Source: the human T2T-CHM13v2.0 reference genome, Homo sapiens. Taken from it: DNA of 64,000 nt. The notes under the pieces were generated by a model. The model was not told where the DNA came from. It was given only the letters and a program-made list of their open reading frames with translations, and searched no databases. The translations under genes and the position numbers were made by a program. Positions within the stretch are counted from its first letter, which is position 1; each line of letters begins with the position of its first letter. Positions 1-14,299 of this stretch are shown here, piece by piece. The stretch is taken from assembly GCF_009914755.1 (NCBI RefSeq), contig NC_060925.1; one strand, given 5' to 3'.

Positions 1-339
1 AATTTCGTTTCCATCCCCTGCATCTCACAGGAAAGAAATGGTCAATAGTTCAGATAAAAGAATCATCCTGGTCAGCTCCAAAATATGGCTACTTGCATGG
101 TAATCACAGCAAGTCTGTCAAATCAGTGATTTCTTTATTCCTAAGAGGAAGGGATTTTTCCTAAGGATTATGGTTCTACCACCCAAGGAGCAGCCCTACT
201 CTTCAAAAGTGGCTGCAAAGGCTGGCAAACCGAGAGGTCTGCTTTGGCTCAGAAACTCTGTTTGGCTCCTGCCACCCCTGGCACCCTCACTGCATGTCTC
301 AGAGGCGTGTGATCCACACACAGTCAGGCCAGTCTGCTT
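1..339 (-). other. FAM78B: Proximal 3' UTR of FAM78B (probably continues beyond the window edge)
   Basis: Directly follows the stop codon; minus-strand AATAAA at 139-134. Confidence 0.8.
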
Positions 340-862
340 CTACTTAGGAGGGATCACAACCAGAGGTGGCCCCCGCTTGGGCCTCCACATGAGGACCTGG
401 GCATCATTGGCATTGGGTTTCACTAGTGCATTAGGGGGGATGGGTTCCATCCGGCTCAGGATCCGGGGCTGCTCCTGCTGAGTCCTGCCCACCAGCCGGG
501 CCCGCTGCCCCAAGAGCTGAAGAGGGTCCACTTCAATGTCCACCCTCATCCTCCACTTGATGGTCTGCAGAATGATCTTCTCCTTTGTGGTGGTGTTCAT
601 GGCCACCAGCCAGGTCGTGAAACTTTGGTCTCTCTTGATTCTTGTGAGCAGTGGCACATTGCTGTCACTCACAGGCACTGCCCATGTCACACTGGGGTAG
701 AAGTTGTCATTCATGCTGACGGAGAACCTGGAGATCTTGTTGGTGGGGCCAACCAGGGTCACAGTTTCTGTGGTGTTCCCGTACCAAGGGTAGCTCACCC
801 CATCTGAGTCACTGATGGCTTTTACTCTCCCTTCCCTCAAGTCAGGCAGTTCCCAGCTTGAC
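340..862 (-). CDS. FAM78B: FAM78B terminal coding exon (C-terminal 173 aa plus last base of a split codon; phase-2 acceptor)
   Basis: Translation SSWELPDLREGRVKAISDSDGVSYPWYGNTTETV...WRPKRGPPLVVIPPK* recognised as FAM78B. On the minus strand a polypyrimidine tract and acceptor (ctcttcttttcttgtgcatgtcttctgctttgccag|G TCA AGC TGG) has its AG at 864-863. TAG stop at 342-340. The ORF-track N-terminus MHVFCFA is intronic. Confidence 0.95.
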
Positions 863-1679
863 CTGGCAAAGCAGAAGACATGCACAAGAAAAGAAGAGGC
901 TGAATGAATTTTTCAAAAGCTGGAGAGGTGCTCACTGCTTACTAACATAGTCAACTTGGGCAAAATGGGAAGTTCACAGGGGGAATTCAGGGCAAAAAGT
1001 TCTATGCTGTGCTGTTTCAGGATTAAATGAGAACAAACCAAAATAAAAATAACAAAGCCATGCCAAAACAAGTTAAATACAACCATGGCTGACCCAATTG
1101 AGAACAGGAAGCTCAAAAAGGCAGTTGTGAGACCACAAAGAGACATCAACTAGTTAGATGATGGTAATCAGCAGTTTAGAGGAATTCCATTACAAGAACC
1201 ACTTTCTTGGAAATATGAATGTGAATAAGGTTTGCTTTTTGGGAAGAAATGATGGTTGAAATTCGATGTACTTGGAAGGCAGTATCTGGTGGAAAGAAGG
1301 GCAAAAGGAGGCAAAGTTAAAGGTTATATTAATTTCTTAGGAAATCATAGTAATAGAATTTCTACTTAACAAAGAGGGTTGTTTAAATTCTAGGCATCAG
1401 CCAATTCATCGCTTAGGCATAGAAAATCATAACATGAGAAAATCATGGTCATCTTCTGGAAACCATCTGAATGTGAAAGTTGTTCTACAGGCTGGCATAC
1501 ACTCTAATGCACCGCTCTCCCATTGCCTTCCAGTCCAGCCTGGAAGCCTCACAGCTTAGTTTGGCAAACTTGCCATTCTGGCACCTACCTACTCCTCCTG
1601 GCTGTCTCTGACCTTGTACAGGAGGAGGAGGAGGAGGAACCAATGTCTCTACCCCCTGCTGTAGACTGTTGCTAATAAT

Positions 1680-1915
1680 AATTGCTGATACTTATTGAGT
1701 GTTACTCTATTACAACCATTGTGCTAAGTACATTATCTCAGTCAGTATTCAAAATACTCCACAAGATAAATACATTTTTATTTCCATTTTACACACAAGG
1801 GGATGAAGGCTTAAAGATGTTAAGGTACATGACAAAGGTCCTAAAGATTCCAAGAGGTGAAGCTGAGAGTTGTCTGACTTCAAAGTCCCTGGTTTTGGCC
1901 ACTGTATCATACTGC
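1680..1915 (-). repeat. MIR
   Basis: Degenerate reverse MIR core (tttccattttacacacaaggggatgaaggcttaaagatgttaaggtacatgac); approximate ends. Confidence 0.65.
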
Positions 1916-3289
1916 CTCCCAAAGTACCCTTACACAGCGCTGGAGGGAGTTAGAATGGAGAGGACTCAGGCTGTCTAATGAGTTAGCAGCTCCAAGACCA
2001 GTCAGTCATGGAGAACTGGACTGGACCCCAGTAAGGGCAGAAGTCTAGTCAGCAGAGTGTTGATGCATGCTCCATATTTTCGCTCCGGGTACCAGGGATG
2101 ATGCTTGGTAATAATGCACTAGAATTTAATAATTAAAGAGATGAGACTGCTTTATTCATCAGCTAAGAGGCAGTGGTCTTCTTTGACATAAAGTTCTTCC
2201 TCCTATGAGGTGACAGAAGATCCTGCAGGGTTTTATACAAGTTGTCTTAAAGGGAATTGCATTGTCAAGCTAGTGCTGATTAACATCTCAGCACCCTTAC
2301 TATCACATGGGGACATGGAGACACTAACCACTGCCTCCTACTGACCCCCTACAGTACCTCCTAGGCCAGTCAGCCCCAGCCTGAAGTGAAGGGAGGGCTT
2401 GGCTGCCTGGGGAGGAGGTGACCCCACAGCTGCAAGAGCCTTTTTTCTTGTCATGCCCTTGGTAACTGCTGGGAATAGCTGCAGTGTATCATGGTTGGCA
2501 GACACTAAGTAAGGAATTGACCTGATGCAGAAAGTCAGAGAGAGCTCATTTTGCTACATATGCTTTTGCAGCTGGGGGGTAGTAGCTCCCAGGTAATTCT
2601 ATGCCATTTCTTACTGTACAAAAGGGAGTACATGTTCTTTGAGTGGGTCAGAGGTTGTGCAGAGATCCAATCTGCTCATTGGGTTCATGAAATAACCATA
2701 CTGGAGTCGGTTTCATGCCCCCAAGCAAAGGGCTAAGACAATTCTTCAGTCACAATACATCTATTTCCTGTGTTGCCTAAATCTTGTTTTACACTTTGGC
2801 TGTGACCAGTCCCTGCTGGCCTTTGAGTTCCTTCTTAGAATTGGAGGGCAGGTATTCCGAGCAGTGGCAGACTGTTCTTGCTCTCCCCCGCTACACACAG
2901 GGCTTACTGTGGCGTATTGCCTGGGGAATTTGGTTTTGAGTGGATGTACTTTTTATTCTGTTACAACACAGTCCTTTTCAGGCTATCTTGCTTTGTCTAT
3001 AGAGTCTTTATAGTTCTCATATTTTTGCCTCCCATCTTCCTGCCCAGAGCTGTGTGAGCAGAGACTTGGGCCCAGGGTCTGCAAGTCAGCCTTGTAAGAC
3101 AAATCATAAAACTTAGTTTGGTCCTAGGTTTTTTGAAAAACAACAACAACAAAACAACAAAAAACAGAGATAATACAATAAAGACACACTCTTGTGGCTA
3201 TCTCAGGAGGGAAGGAAAATACCCTTTTCTTGGAGGAGTTTCTGGAACAGAGAAATACAACAGGCTTCTTAATCATCACATCAGAACAA

Positions 3290-3780
3290 ACACATCTGGC
3301 CACATGTAGTCATTGGGAATAGTGACATTGGAGGTTACACTTTAGTTCCATCCACACTGTTGTTACTTCTGCAACTGTGCTTTTGGGAATTCCTCAGGTC
3401 AGAGGCATGTTCTCTTCCATAGCCCTAGGGAATTAGGACTACATCATTAAGGGATGGTTTGATTTTGGAAACAGCCAAAATTCATTACGATTTAAGTCTA
3501 GTGAATAGGGAGTTGCTATCTGAAAAATATCAAATTTTTCCTTTATGAAAAATAGATACTAATGTACACCCCAAGGCAGTGACCTTCCCTTCTTCCCTCT
3601 CTCTATCTCTCGCTCCCTTCCTTTCTCTTTCTCTCTTTTTTTTTTTTTTTCCAAAAGGAGAGTTGTGTCTATAAAATGCATGACTAGTTTATGTAGCTGA
3701 TAAAATGTCTTTGGTAATGGTTTTTCGAGAAGTCTCTGAAAAGTTCCAAGAACAGTAGCACTATTTGAGTCACTCAATGA
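3290..3780. mobile_element. Degenerate mariner-type DNA transposon fragment (MARNA-like)
   Basis: gattttggaaacagccaaaattcattacgatttaagtctagtgaatagg resembles the recalled MARNA consensus; approximate ends. Confidence 0.4.
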
Positions 3781-3789
3781 CCATTTAAG

Positions 3790-4660
3790 GGGATTACTTT
3801 GAATGGAATGCCAGAGGCATTTCAAACTCCATATGGCTCAAACTGAACTCATCATTTCCACCATAAACCAAGCCGTCTTCCCCTGTCTCTCTGCAAGGGG
3901 TGGCCCACTGCTCACCCAATCTTCAAGGTCAGAAGTAAGGGCCATCTTTGGCTCTTTCCACACCCTCCCCTAGGCTGCCACAGTGACTGTATCACTGCAT
4001 CCTGTGAATTTTGCCCCATAAGTGATACTTGAATTTATCTCCTTTTCCCCACCCAACTCTTACTGCCTTCACTTAATCCAAGCCCTCAGCATCTCTTACC
4101 TGGTCTACTGGAATGGCGCATAATTTGTCTCTCTGCATCCAACTCTGGTCTCTCTCAAATCCATCTTTTAGGTTGTCCAAGTGTTCAAACATGCAAATCT
4201 GATCATGCTCTTTCTATACATAAAATCCTTCCAAGGCTTTTCTATATGGACATCGTTGGCATCACCCACAGGGTAAAATTCAAGTACCTTAACAGGACAT
4301 ACATGGCTCTCCATCATCTGGCCTCCCCATCTCCACACACCATGCCTTTCTCACCTCCACTGCTGTGCCCTCTGCCTATGCTGTTCCTCCTCCTATTCAA
4401 TTTCCACTGTATCGAACTACTACTCATCCTCTGAGAATCACCATATGTATCACCTCCTCCAGGAAGCCTTCTCTTCCATGCACTCATAGATATATCTACA
4501 ACTACAGGTGTCAGATTATATTATAACGATCTGTATGTCTTTCTCATTAGATTACAGGTTTCTTGAGCCTTGGAATTATGACTTATTTTTGAATCATTAG
4601 TGTCTTGCACATGGCTGGCACATAAAACTTAATAACTATTTATTAAAAGAGTAAATACTT
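3790..4660 (+). repeat. L2 3' fragment
   Basis: L2-typical motifs (catttcaaactccatatggctcaaactgaactcatc; tcacctcctccaggaagccttct; ctggcacata). Confidence 0.65.
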
Positions 4661-5739
4661 TATTTGAATTATTTTCATGACTATATTCCTGGAGCTTGGT
4701 AGAACTTGCATACGACAAAGTGTTTTATTACAGTCTTATACTTTATATATTTACTCACCTTTAAAAAAAATCTAACATCTATTCATTTAGAATCTATTAT
4801 TAGAATAGTATCATGCCTTGCACGGAAAGTTGCTTATCCTTAAAAGGAGGAGGCACATTTAAATGAAAGTGAATGAAGTAGTGAATATGAATGTATTTTA
4901 GTGACTACTCGTGCCATCATATACCTACATACAAAAATGAGTGTCAGAGACTCCAAGTGATACAGCAATTTGGAGACACAGACAACCATGCAGGCTACAG
5001 CAGGGGAAAAGCTTTGTGAAGGAAATGGCATATGAACACTTTGGAATAGAGATAGGCATTCCAGGTGGGAGTCTGTGTCACAGGCTAAAGTGTGATACCA
5101 AGCATGGATGTGAGTGTCCAGGAAACAGAGAACACTGGGAAGAGTGAAGACACTGCTGGCGGGGCAGGGTAGTATCGGTTTGTGGAGCACCTTCAATAAC
5201 GGGTTTAGGCACCTGGGCTGCATCCTAGAGGTGGTGAGACTTTTGCTCAGGAGAGTTAACTGCGAGGAAGAAGAGTAATGAAAAAAGTAGGATTAGAGGG
5301 TTAAAGGGAGGGAACGAGGATGTTTAGGAGCTTCTGCAACACTGCAGGTGATCTTTAATGAGGGCTTCATCTAGACTGGTGGCTGAGAAAATGGACAGGA
5401 GGTGTCACATATAAGAGATATTACAAAGGTAGATTCTTCAAGGTTTGGTAACCAATTGCCTGTTAGAGACAAAAGAATAAATAAACAAAAAGAATCACTC
5501 AGAAGAGGCAAGTATGGCTGATTGTGTGTGTGTGTGTAATCATTCACAGAAGTAACAAGGTTGTGGTCTCACTGTCCCTGACATTTTACACCCATCCCTG
5601 AACCAATCACAATGGTATTTCAAGGTGTAGTACCTGACTGCTGCATTAGAGCATGAGGATGATGAGGACGGGGTTGTGTTTGTCTTTGCATCCTTTGTCT
5701 GGAGCATGGTGTCTGGCACATGATGCATACTTACTAATC

Positions 5740-6830
5740 TTGTTTCTCTTTATATCTCATTATTTATTTCTCAGTGTCCTTTGCTAGTTCTGCCTCATCT
5801 TTCAACCTTTTAACATTGGAGGGCCCCAGGGCTTAGGCTTTGGTCTTCTTCTCTTTTCTATCTATTTGCATTTCCTTGGTGATCTCATCTGGTCTCATGA
5901 TTTTAAGTACCATCTGCACTGTGACAACTTCCAAATTTGTATCTCTAGGCTGGATTGCTCCCTTGAGCTCCAAATCCATATATTCACCTGCCCACTTGCC
6001 AAAAACTTTGGAGTCACTCTTGGCCACTCTCTCACATTCCACATGCTACCTATCAGCAAATCCTGTGGATGCAATCAAAATATATCTAGAATTCAACTCC
6101 TTTCCACTGTCCCCATCACCATGACACCGGTCCAAGCTAGAGTTGTCTCTCTTAGATTACTGCAGTGGCCTTCTAACTGGTCTCCTTGCTAATTACTCAA
6201 CTTTGCGTCCCTGTTCTATTGTCAACATGGCAGCCACAGTGATCTTGTTAAATATTTGTAAAATCGTGTCACTTTCTTGCTCAAAATGTTTCCATGCCTC
6301 CTAAAGCACTCAGGAAAAGCTCAGCTACTTAAAATGGCTCATGTGGCCCTACATGATCCGGTTCCCTATTTCCTCTCTGATTGTATCTCCTTTTCTCTCC
6401 CTCTTGCCCATTCTGGCCTCTGTGCTGTTCATTGAACATGCCAAATAAACTCCCACCTGAGGGCCTTTGCACTTACCGTTCATTTTGCCTGGAAAAATAT
6501 TCCTTTGGATATCTGAAAGGCTTGCTCCCTTGCCTCCCTTATTCTTGGCCCAAATACCACGTTCTCACTGCAATCTTTCCTAACAACCATATTTAAAATT
6601 GCAACCTCCTGCCCCAGTGCTCCCCATCCCACATCTCTGCTTTATTTTTTCTCCACAGCACCTTCTAATACACTATAACTTACTTATTTTGCTAACGGTC
6701 TGTCTCCCCTCACCCTACTCTCCAAATATAATCCCTAAGGCAAGGATTTTTATATATTTTATTCACTGCTATATCTCCAGTACCTAGAACAGTGCTGGGA
6801 AAATAGGAGTTCAAAATCATTTGTTGAATA
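5740..6830 (+). repeat. L2a 3' fragment
   Basis: L2 motifs throughout, ending gtacctagaacagtgctgg...atttgttgaat. Confidence 0.75.
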
Positions 6831-6849
6831 CATATCAAATTGATCTGAA

Positions 6850-7315
6850 GTGAAAGATGAGTGGAGACCATGAATTTCAATTTAGACACTGCTGCATTTG
6901 CGGAACTGACTAAATAGGCGGACACTGTGTCTGAGTTAATTGCAAAGTTGGGTCCAGAGCTTAGAAGAAAGTCAGGGCTAGGGATGTAAATTTGGCAACC
7001 ATCTGCATGGAGAGGATCAGGTGCTGGGTGAGCTCTTTGAGGATGACAGACCTGTCACATGGCCAGAGACAAAGAAGAGTATAAAAAGCAAAGGAATAGC
7101 CAGCAAAAAAGGAGAACTAATTTCCAAAGTTGAGAATTTCAGGGAGTCAGCAGTGTCAAAAGCCACAGAAATTGAAGAGAAAAAGCCATTCGACTTGTTA
7201 ATTTTCAAGACAGCAGTAAAGATATGCTGGTGGAAGCCATTCTGCAAGGGAATTAACAAGCACAAGAAAAAAACGAGAAGAAGTTGGGCAACAAAGGGGA
7301 GAAGAGAGATGAAGT
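6850..7315 (-). repeat. L2 fragment (reverse)
   Basis: gggctagggatgtaaatttggcaaccatctgcat and cagcagtgtcaaaagccacaga are reverse L2 motifs. Confidence 0.55.
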
Positions 7316-7329
7316 AGAGAGCTGGTCCA

Positions 7330-7540
7330 GCATCATGGCTGAAAGCAGCATTCTGGAGGCAGACTGCTTAGGCCTGTAAACCTAGTGCTACTACTTACTA
7401 GTTGTGTGAACTTTCTGTACCTGTTTCCTCATCTAAGAAATAAGGAATAAAGATAATAACAGTACTTACTTGATGTACTTGGTATGAGAATTAAATGAGA
7501 TAATGAATGGGAAGTACTTAGCACAGCTAAATACTTTCAT
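7330..7540 (+). repeat. MIR
   Basis: ctggaggcagactgc...acttactagttgtgtga...tttcctcatct...attaaatgagataat. Confidence 0.7.
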
Positions 7541-7665
7541 GTGTAAAACAGGAAGAAAAATAACTCCAGATCTCCCTACATCTCAGAACTATTACAGAAA
7601 TCAAATGAAGTGATGATGTAGGAGCAAATGCTTTGTAAACTACAGCACACAATGTCTCTCTCTCT

Positions 7666-8341
<676 letters not shown>

Positions 8342-8894
8342 GTCAATATTAGTTATTATCTAATTCCCTTCCTTCTCCTATAACCCTTCTCCTCACTGTG
8401 ATAAACAGTGTTTTTGCTTTAGACAATCAGCTATTGACCCAAAGCTCACAGCTGATGGACTTGCCAATGGGCCTAATAATGAAAACATTGATTATGGCAA
8501 CGTTCATGCTTTCTGCATCCCATTTTTAGAAGAAAGAGGTAAATTTCAATCAAACATCATGTTAAGCATTTCATTCAAATAAGCAGTCCATGGGTTAAGG
8601 TCAAGACTCCACTCAGACCCAACAAATTCTCCCACTGCCTTTGAGGGGCAGAGCAACTTCTCTGAAAAGAACCCCACTTTGCTCCCCCTGAAGCCCTGCA
8701 GTCACTGGGGAGTCTGGGGAGAGGCTGGCAGCAACATTCTTGGAGGCAGGGAGTGGGCAGTTATGCAGGGACTCTACTGATACTAATGTCCCCTGATGCG
8801 GTGTGGGTTGGGAGTCAGGGGGAACCACGCATGGAGGACTGACGGTTTTAAGCCTGGAGAGCTTCTAGGGCAGATTTTGAAATCTGCGGCAGTA

Positions 8895-9855
<961 letters not shown>

Positions 9856-12382
9856 TGTTTGTTAGGGATGGGCAGAGCTGGGAGATCTAGATGCACAGTT
9901 CTGGAACCCAGGACAGTTCCAACCTGGAATGTTTTCCTTTTGTTACGTGTGGTTTCACTGCTGCTTGTTTAGTCTTAACATGCACAAAGCACCCTTACAA
10001 TCAGTGTCACGTCTACTTTGTACATCAATTGCATGAGGTGGGCATCTTTCTATTTTCCATTATGCAGTAGGGAACTTGCTCAAGATCTTTCCGCTAGTGA
10101 GGGGCAGAATCAAACTGTGAACCCAAGGTCTGATTCTAAACACATGCTTTCTCATGATGCCTCCCTAGTACAAAATTAAGAGTCCAAAAGCTCTGAAAAA
10201 TAATAAAAGTCATGAATGAGATTAGCTGATACACACTGCTATGACCATGCCAGTTGTTAAAATATTCAAACATTTTTGGAACAATTGCTAAACGACCCCT
10301 CTCCCTCCCCGTAATGCCTTCTCTTTGGCCACCCAGGTTCCTCCTCAGCTACCCACCACCATGTCTCCAAAAATTAATCAACTAAAGTGTTTACACAGGC
10401 ACAGCAGGGGATCTCCAAGACAGGCTCTGGTTCTAAAGCTGAGTATATTAATAGTTCTGATAACATCATCTTGATCATAGCTCACACTTAACCTGAATGC
10501 CAGGCACTGTCCTGAGAGTCTGTGGTCTAACCGCTATGTTCAGCCTACTCTTTAAAGGAATCCTGACTGCTGCGTTAACTTTACTGCACTTAGAGGGTGG
10601 GAAAAGAGGCTTCTGCCTTTTCTCTTCATCTTCATGGCTGGAACCTAAGGCTCTACTATTTGGGTATGTGGCAAGTTTAGTTAAAGAGAACACCACACCC
10701 TGAGCATTGAGGCTTTTCATCTAACGTGAAGGAGAGCAATGTGCTCCCAGTCACGTGAGTCTCATGTTCCGTGTCATTGCTGACTTTGCAGCAACTTTCT
10801 CCTCCCAACCCCTCCACAGGAGGAGCTGGAAATAACAGTGCATGGTGGGACAGTGAAGAGAGAGGAGGCACGGAGGTGGAGTCTGACACAAGGCTGGGGT
10901 CAGAGGGGAGCCAGGCCAGGCGCCTGTCACCTGGGCAGCCACCTGGCCCCTGAGACCAATTTCCAGCCCTGCCTCTGGCAGAGGTCCTGATTCTCAGATG
11001 CTTTGCAACCATGATTACAGAGTAAGTGTTAAAATTAGGATTTTCCTCATTCCGCACTGTTTATATCAGACTCCAAGCAGCCTGTAAATACTCCCCCCTC
11101 CCACTTTCCCCTCCGCCCACTTCCTTTCTGACCACATCCTTTTCTTTTTGGCGCACAAGGAGGCATTTTTCCTATTGCAGAAAAGATCATTTGCAGTGTT
11201 TTTCAAGAGTCATCAGTGCAGAGACAGGCTTCATGTTTGTTACCACTCTTGCGTCCTGTTTAGGGTGAGTTCTTCCAGCATTAGAGACATCTTCTCACTG
11301 TGTATTTAACCTTCACCACGTGGAGGTCAGGTTACCTTGTGCCCTCTAAGTAAGTTGCCCCAGCTGGGTTCTCAGAGTCCTCTGCTGACTTGTTTCAATT
11401 TGACAGCCCTGAGGTCTGGGGTCGTTGGCCAGTTTTCTAGGTCACATCTGAAAATGGTTGACTTCCGACTCCAATTCTGAGTTTCTTGGAGCAAAGCGCC
11501 TTACCCCACACAGAGAAGCAGTGTTCTCTAATGCCTGCAGAGCGCCGTGCAGGCCCAGGCTGTGTCCCTTACAAGGGTCGTGTCCCCTGACCACACAGCA
11601 AGCCCTTTTGGCTCCTTACCAGTCACTGGGACTTGTGCCAGGCCCAGTGGCATTTGTTCTCCATCCCGAAGGTCACAGCCCACCCAAGGTGACAGGTCAG
11701 ATGCCTTCCCACAGGAGTAAGGCCCTGCTTATGCCAGGCTCTGGGGGTGCCAAGAGGAAGCAGAGGAAACTGGGGCTGGAGGTAGAGGTCAGCAGGCCTC
11801 CTAAGGGGAAATGGGGCTGCAGTGGGACCCCAAAAGATGAGGGGGAATCGATGTGGGCAGCATTCCAGGTGGCGAGCACAGAGACCTGCCTGTCCCTCAC
11901 CATGCCCCAATCCTCACCTGCTCTTAGACCAACATGTTTCTCCACTATGCCTCTACAATATGGCCAGAATTTGTCTCTTCTGTCTAACCCCATGGCCGCC
12001 ACCCTTCTCCAAGCCATTTCTCCTCTATCCGGGACCATGCAGGTCCTCTCCTCACTGGGACACTGCTTCCAAGCTTGTGCTGCCCCTGCAAGCCACGAAT
12101 ATGGTTTTTATAAAATGTACATCAGGCCATGTCTCATCTCTGAAAAATCCTATGATGGTTTTCTACTGCACCCAAATGTCCATGTTTCCTTATTTGCCCC
12201 ACCAGTTCTCCAGCCTCATTCATCCTCACCCCCTCCCTTCTGGCTCTCTAGACTTCAGCAACTTCAACTTTTTTCACTTTTCAACAAGATAAGCTTCCTC
12301 CCACTGGACTTGCTGGGCCTTTGGATTTGCTGTTCCCTTTGCCCAGGACCATTTTCTTTCATTTCTTTACAACCTGGACTCC

Positions 12383-12517
12383 TTTTCTTTTTCTGAAAAT
12401 AGAGATGGGGTCTCACTACCTTTCCCAGGCTGGTCTTGAACTCCTAGGCTCAAATGATCTTCCTGCCTCAACCCCCACAGAGTGTTGGGATTATGGGCAT
12501 AAGCCACCACCCTTGGC
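12383..12517 (-). mobile_element. Alu left monomer (FLAM-like)
   Basis: agagatggggtctcactac...gaactcctaggctcaaatgatc...gccaccacccttggct; single arm. Confidence 0.85.
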
Positions 12518-13501
12518 TCCCTTTCATCCTCAACTTGCAGCTCCAGGCCACCTTCTGAGAGTGGCTTCCAATTGCATATGCATTTCAGTGTGCTGATTTG
12601 CTTGTGTCTATGACAGTTTTCCACTAGACTGCATGCGTCCTGAGGACAGGCTTTGCTGCATCTTCAGTACCTCCAGAAGAGCCCAGAACAGGTGCTTCCT
12701 TCAAGCAGCGCAATGAATGGGGCAAGTGTTTCTGGAAGAGCAGGTAGGGCTGGCTGTGAGGTGAGTTCAAGGGAGCTGCAGAGGGAGTAAGATGGGGAAG
12801 GCTCTTCTGGAGTCTAGGGGAGAGTCCCACGTGACAGCCGAAGGGATGGGAAGGGACTGAATGCAGACACATTGGAACGAGTGTCCCTGGGGCTCCTGGC
12901 AAGGTACTAAGTGCCTTTCCTCTGACAGCTTGCATTAAATAGGAGCCCAGCTAAGCTGGGAGAGGATGTAGGGGCTGGGTGGTGGCATTGAGGGGCATGG
13001 GGGTGCAACACACATTCAATCCAGCCCATGGCAGTAGACTGTATCCTCTACTTGCAGCCCTTGAAGCCAGACAAATGGCAGGTAGAGGAGATGGGGAGTG
13101 GATGTGTGTTTTTTTCCTTCTTATTTTGGAATTCTGCTATTATAGGCAAACCTTAGTTAACCTGAGAAAAGACATTATTGGGTGGATACACCAAAATGTG
13201 AAAAGTGCTTATCTATAGTTGTGGGACTATAGGAGTTTTCTCTTTATTTTGTGAATATTCTCATTAAAAAAATTAATTTGTCTTTATTCTGTAATAAAAA
13301 GGAATGAGTTACCTCACAGAATTACATAGAATGAATATGAAGCATTTCAGGGAAAGAGAGAGGAGGGGTAGGGGAAGAGTGCGGGGTGGGACTCCCAAGA
13401 CCTGCATGCAAATCTGGATGTTACCACCTGCTACCACGTGGCCTTGGACAAATCACTAAGCCTCTTTGGGCTTTCATTTCTTATGTGAATGGGGATAATA
13501 A

Positions 13502-13811
<310 letters not shown>

Positions 13812-14212
13812 TTTTTTTTTTTTTTTTTTTTAATGAGAACCCTATGAAAACTAATCTATATCATGCCTGCGTGGCACATAACAGCTCACAAATGAGAACT
13901 ATTATTATGGGTATTGCTCATTCAAAAAGGATGTTGGCTGGCTGGGACCTGAGCTTCTTCAAAGGGTAGGACTCATTTCCTCCCTTTATGCAAGTAAGAA
14001 CTGAGTATTTCCCTTCCATCTTGACAAGGTAACAGGAGGGTAGATGGCCACACTTTATTTACATAATAAGGACACTGAAGTAGAGAAATGATTCATTCAT
14101 GGCATGCACCAAGAAAGACGCACATCCACAGATAGTATTCTTTTCACAAAGAGCACCTACTTTGTTCTTAACATTGTGTTAGACTTTGTGGATAACACAG
14201 AGGATGTAGAAA

Positions 14213-14213
<1 letters not shown>

Positions 14214-14299
<86 letters not shown>
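14214..14299. repeat. Compound microsatellite (CA)17(CT)n
   Basis: Read directly. Confidence 0.98.

Noticed and set aside
170-481. 103-aa ORF antisense to the FAM78B exon and UTR
   Set aside because: Shadow frame of GC-rich exonic sequence with no independent support.
863-885. In-frame ATG giving a single-exon 181-aa FAM78B
   Set aside because: It lies in the polypyrimidine tract of a canonical acceptor; no promoter evidence.
11458-12396. 312-aa plus-strand ORF
   Set aside because: TTG start, no recognisable domain, Pro/Ser/Leu-rich composition, and its 3' half runs through L2-like and Alu-tail sequence; probably chance.
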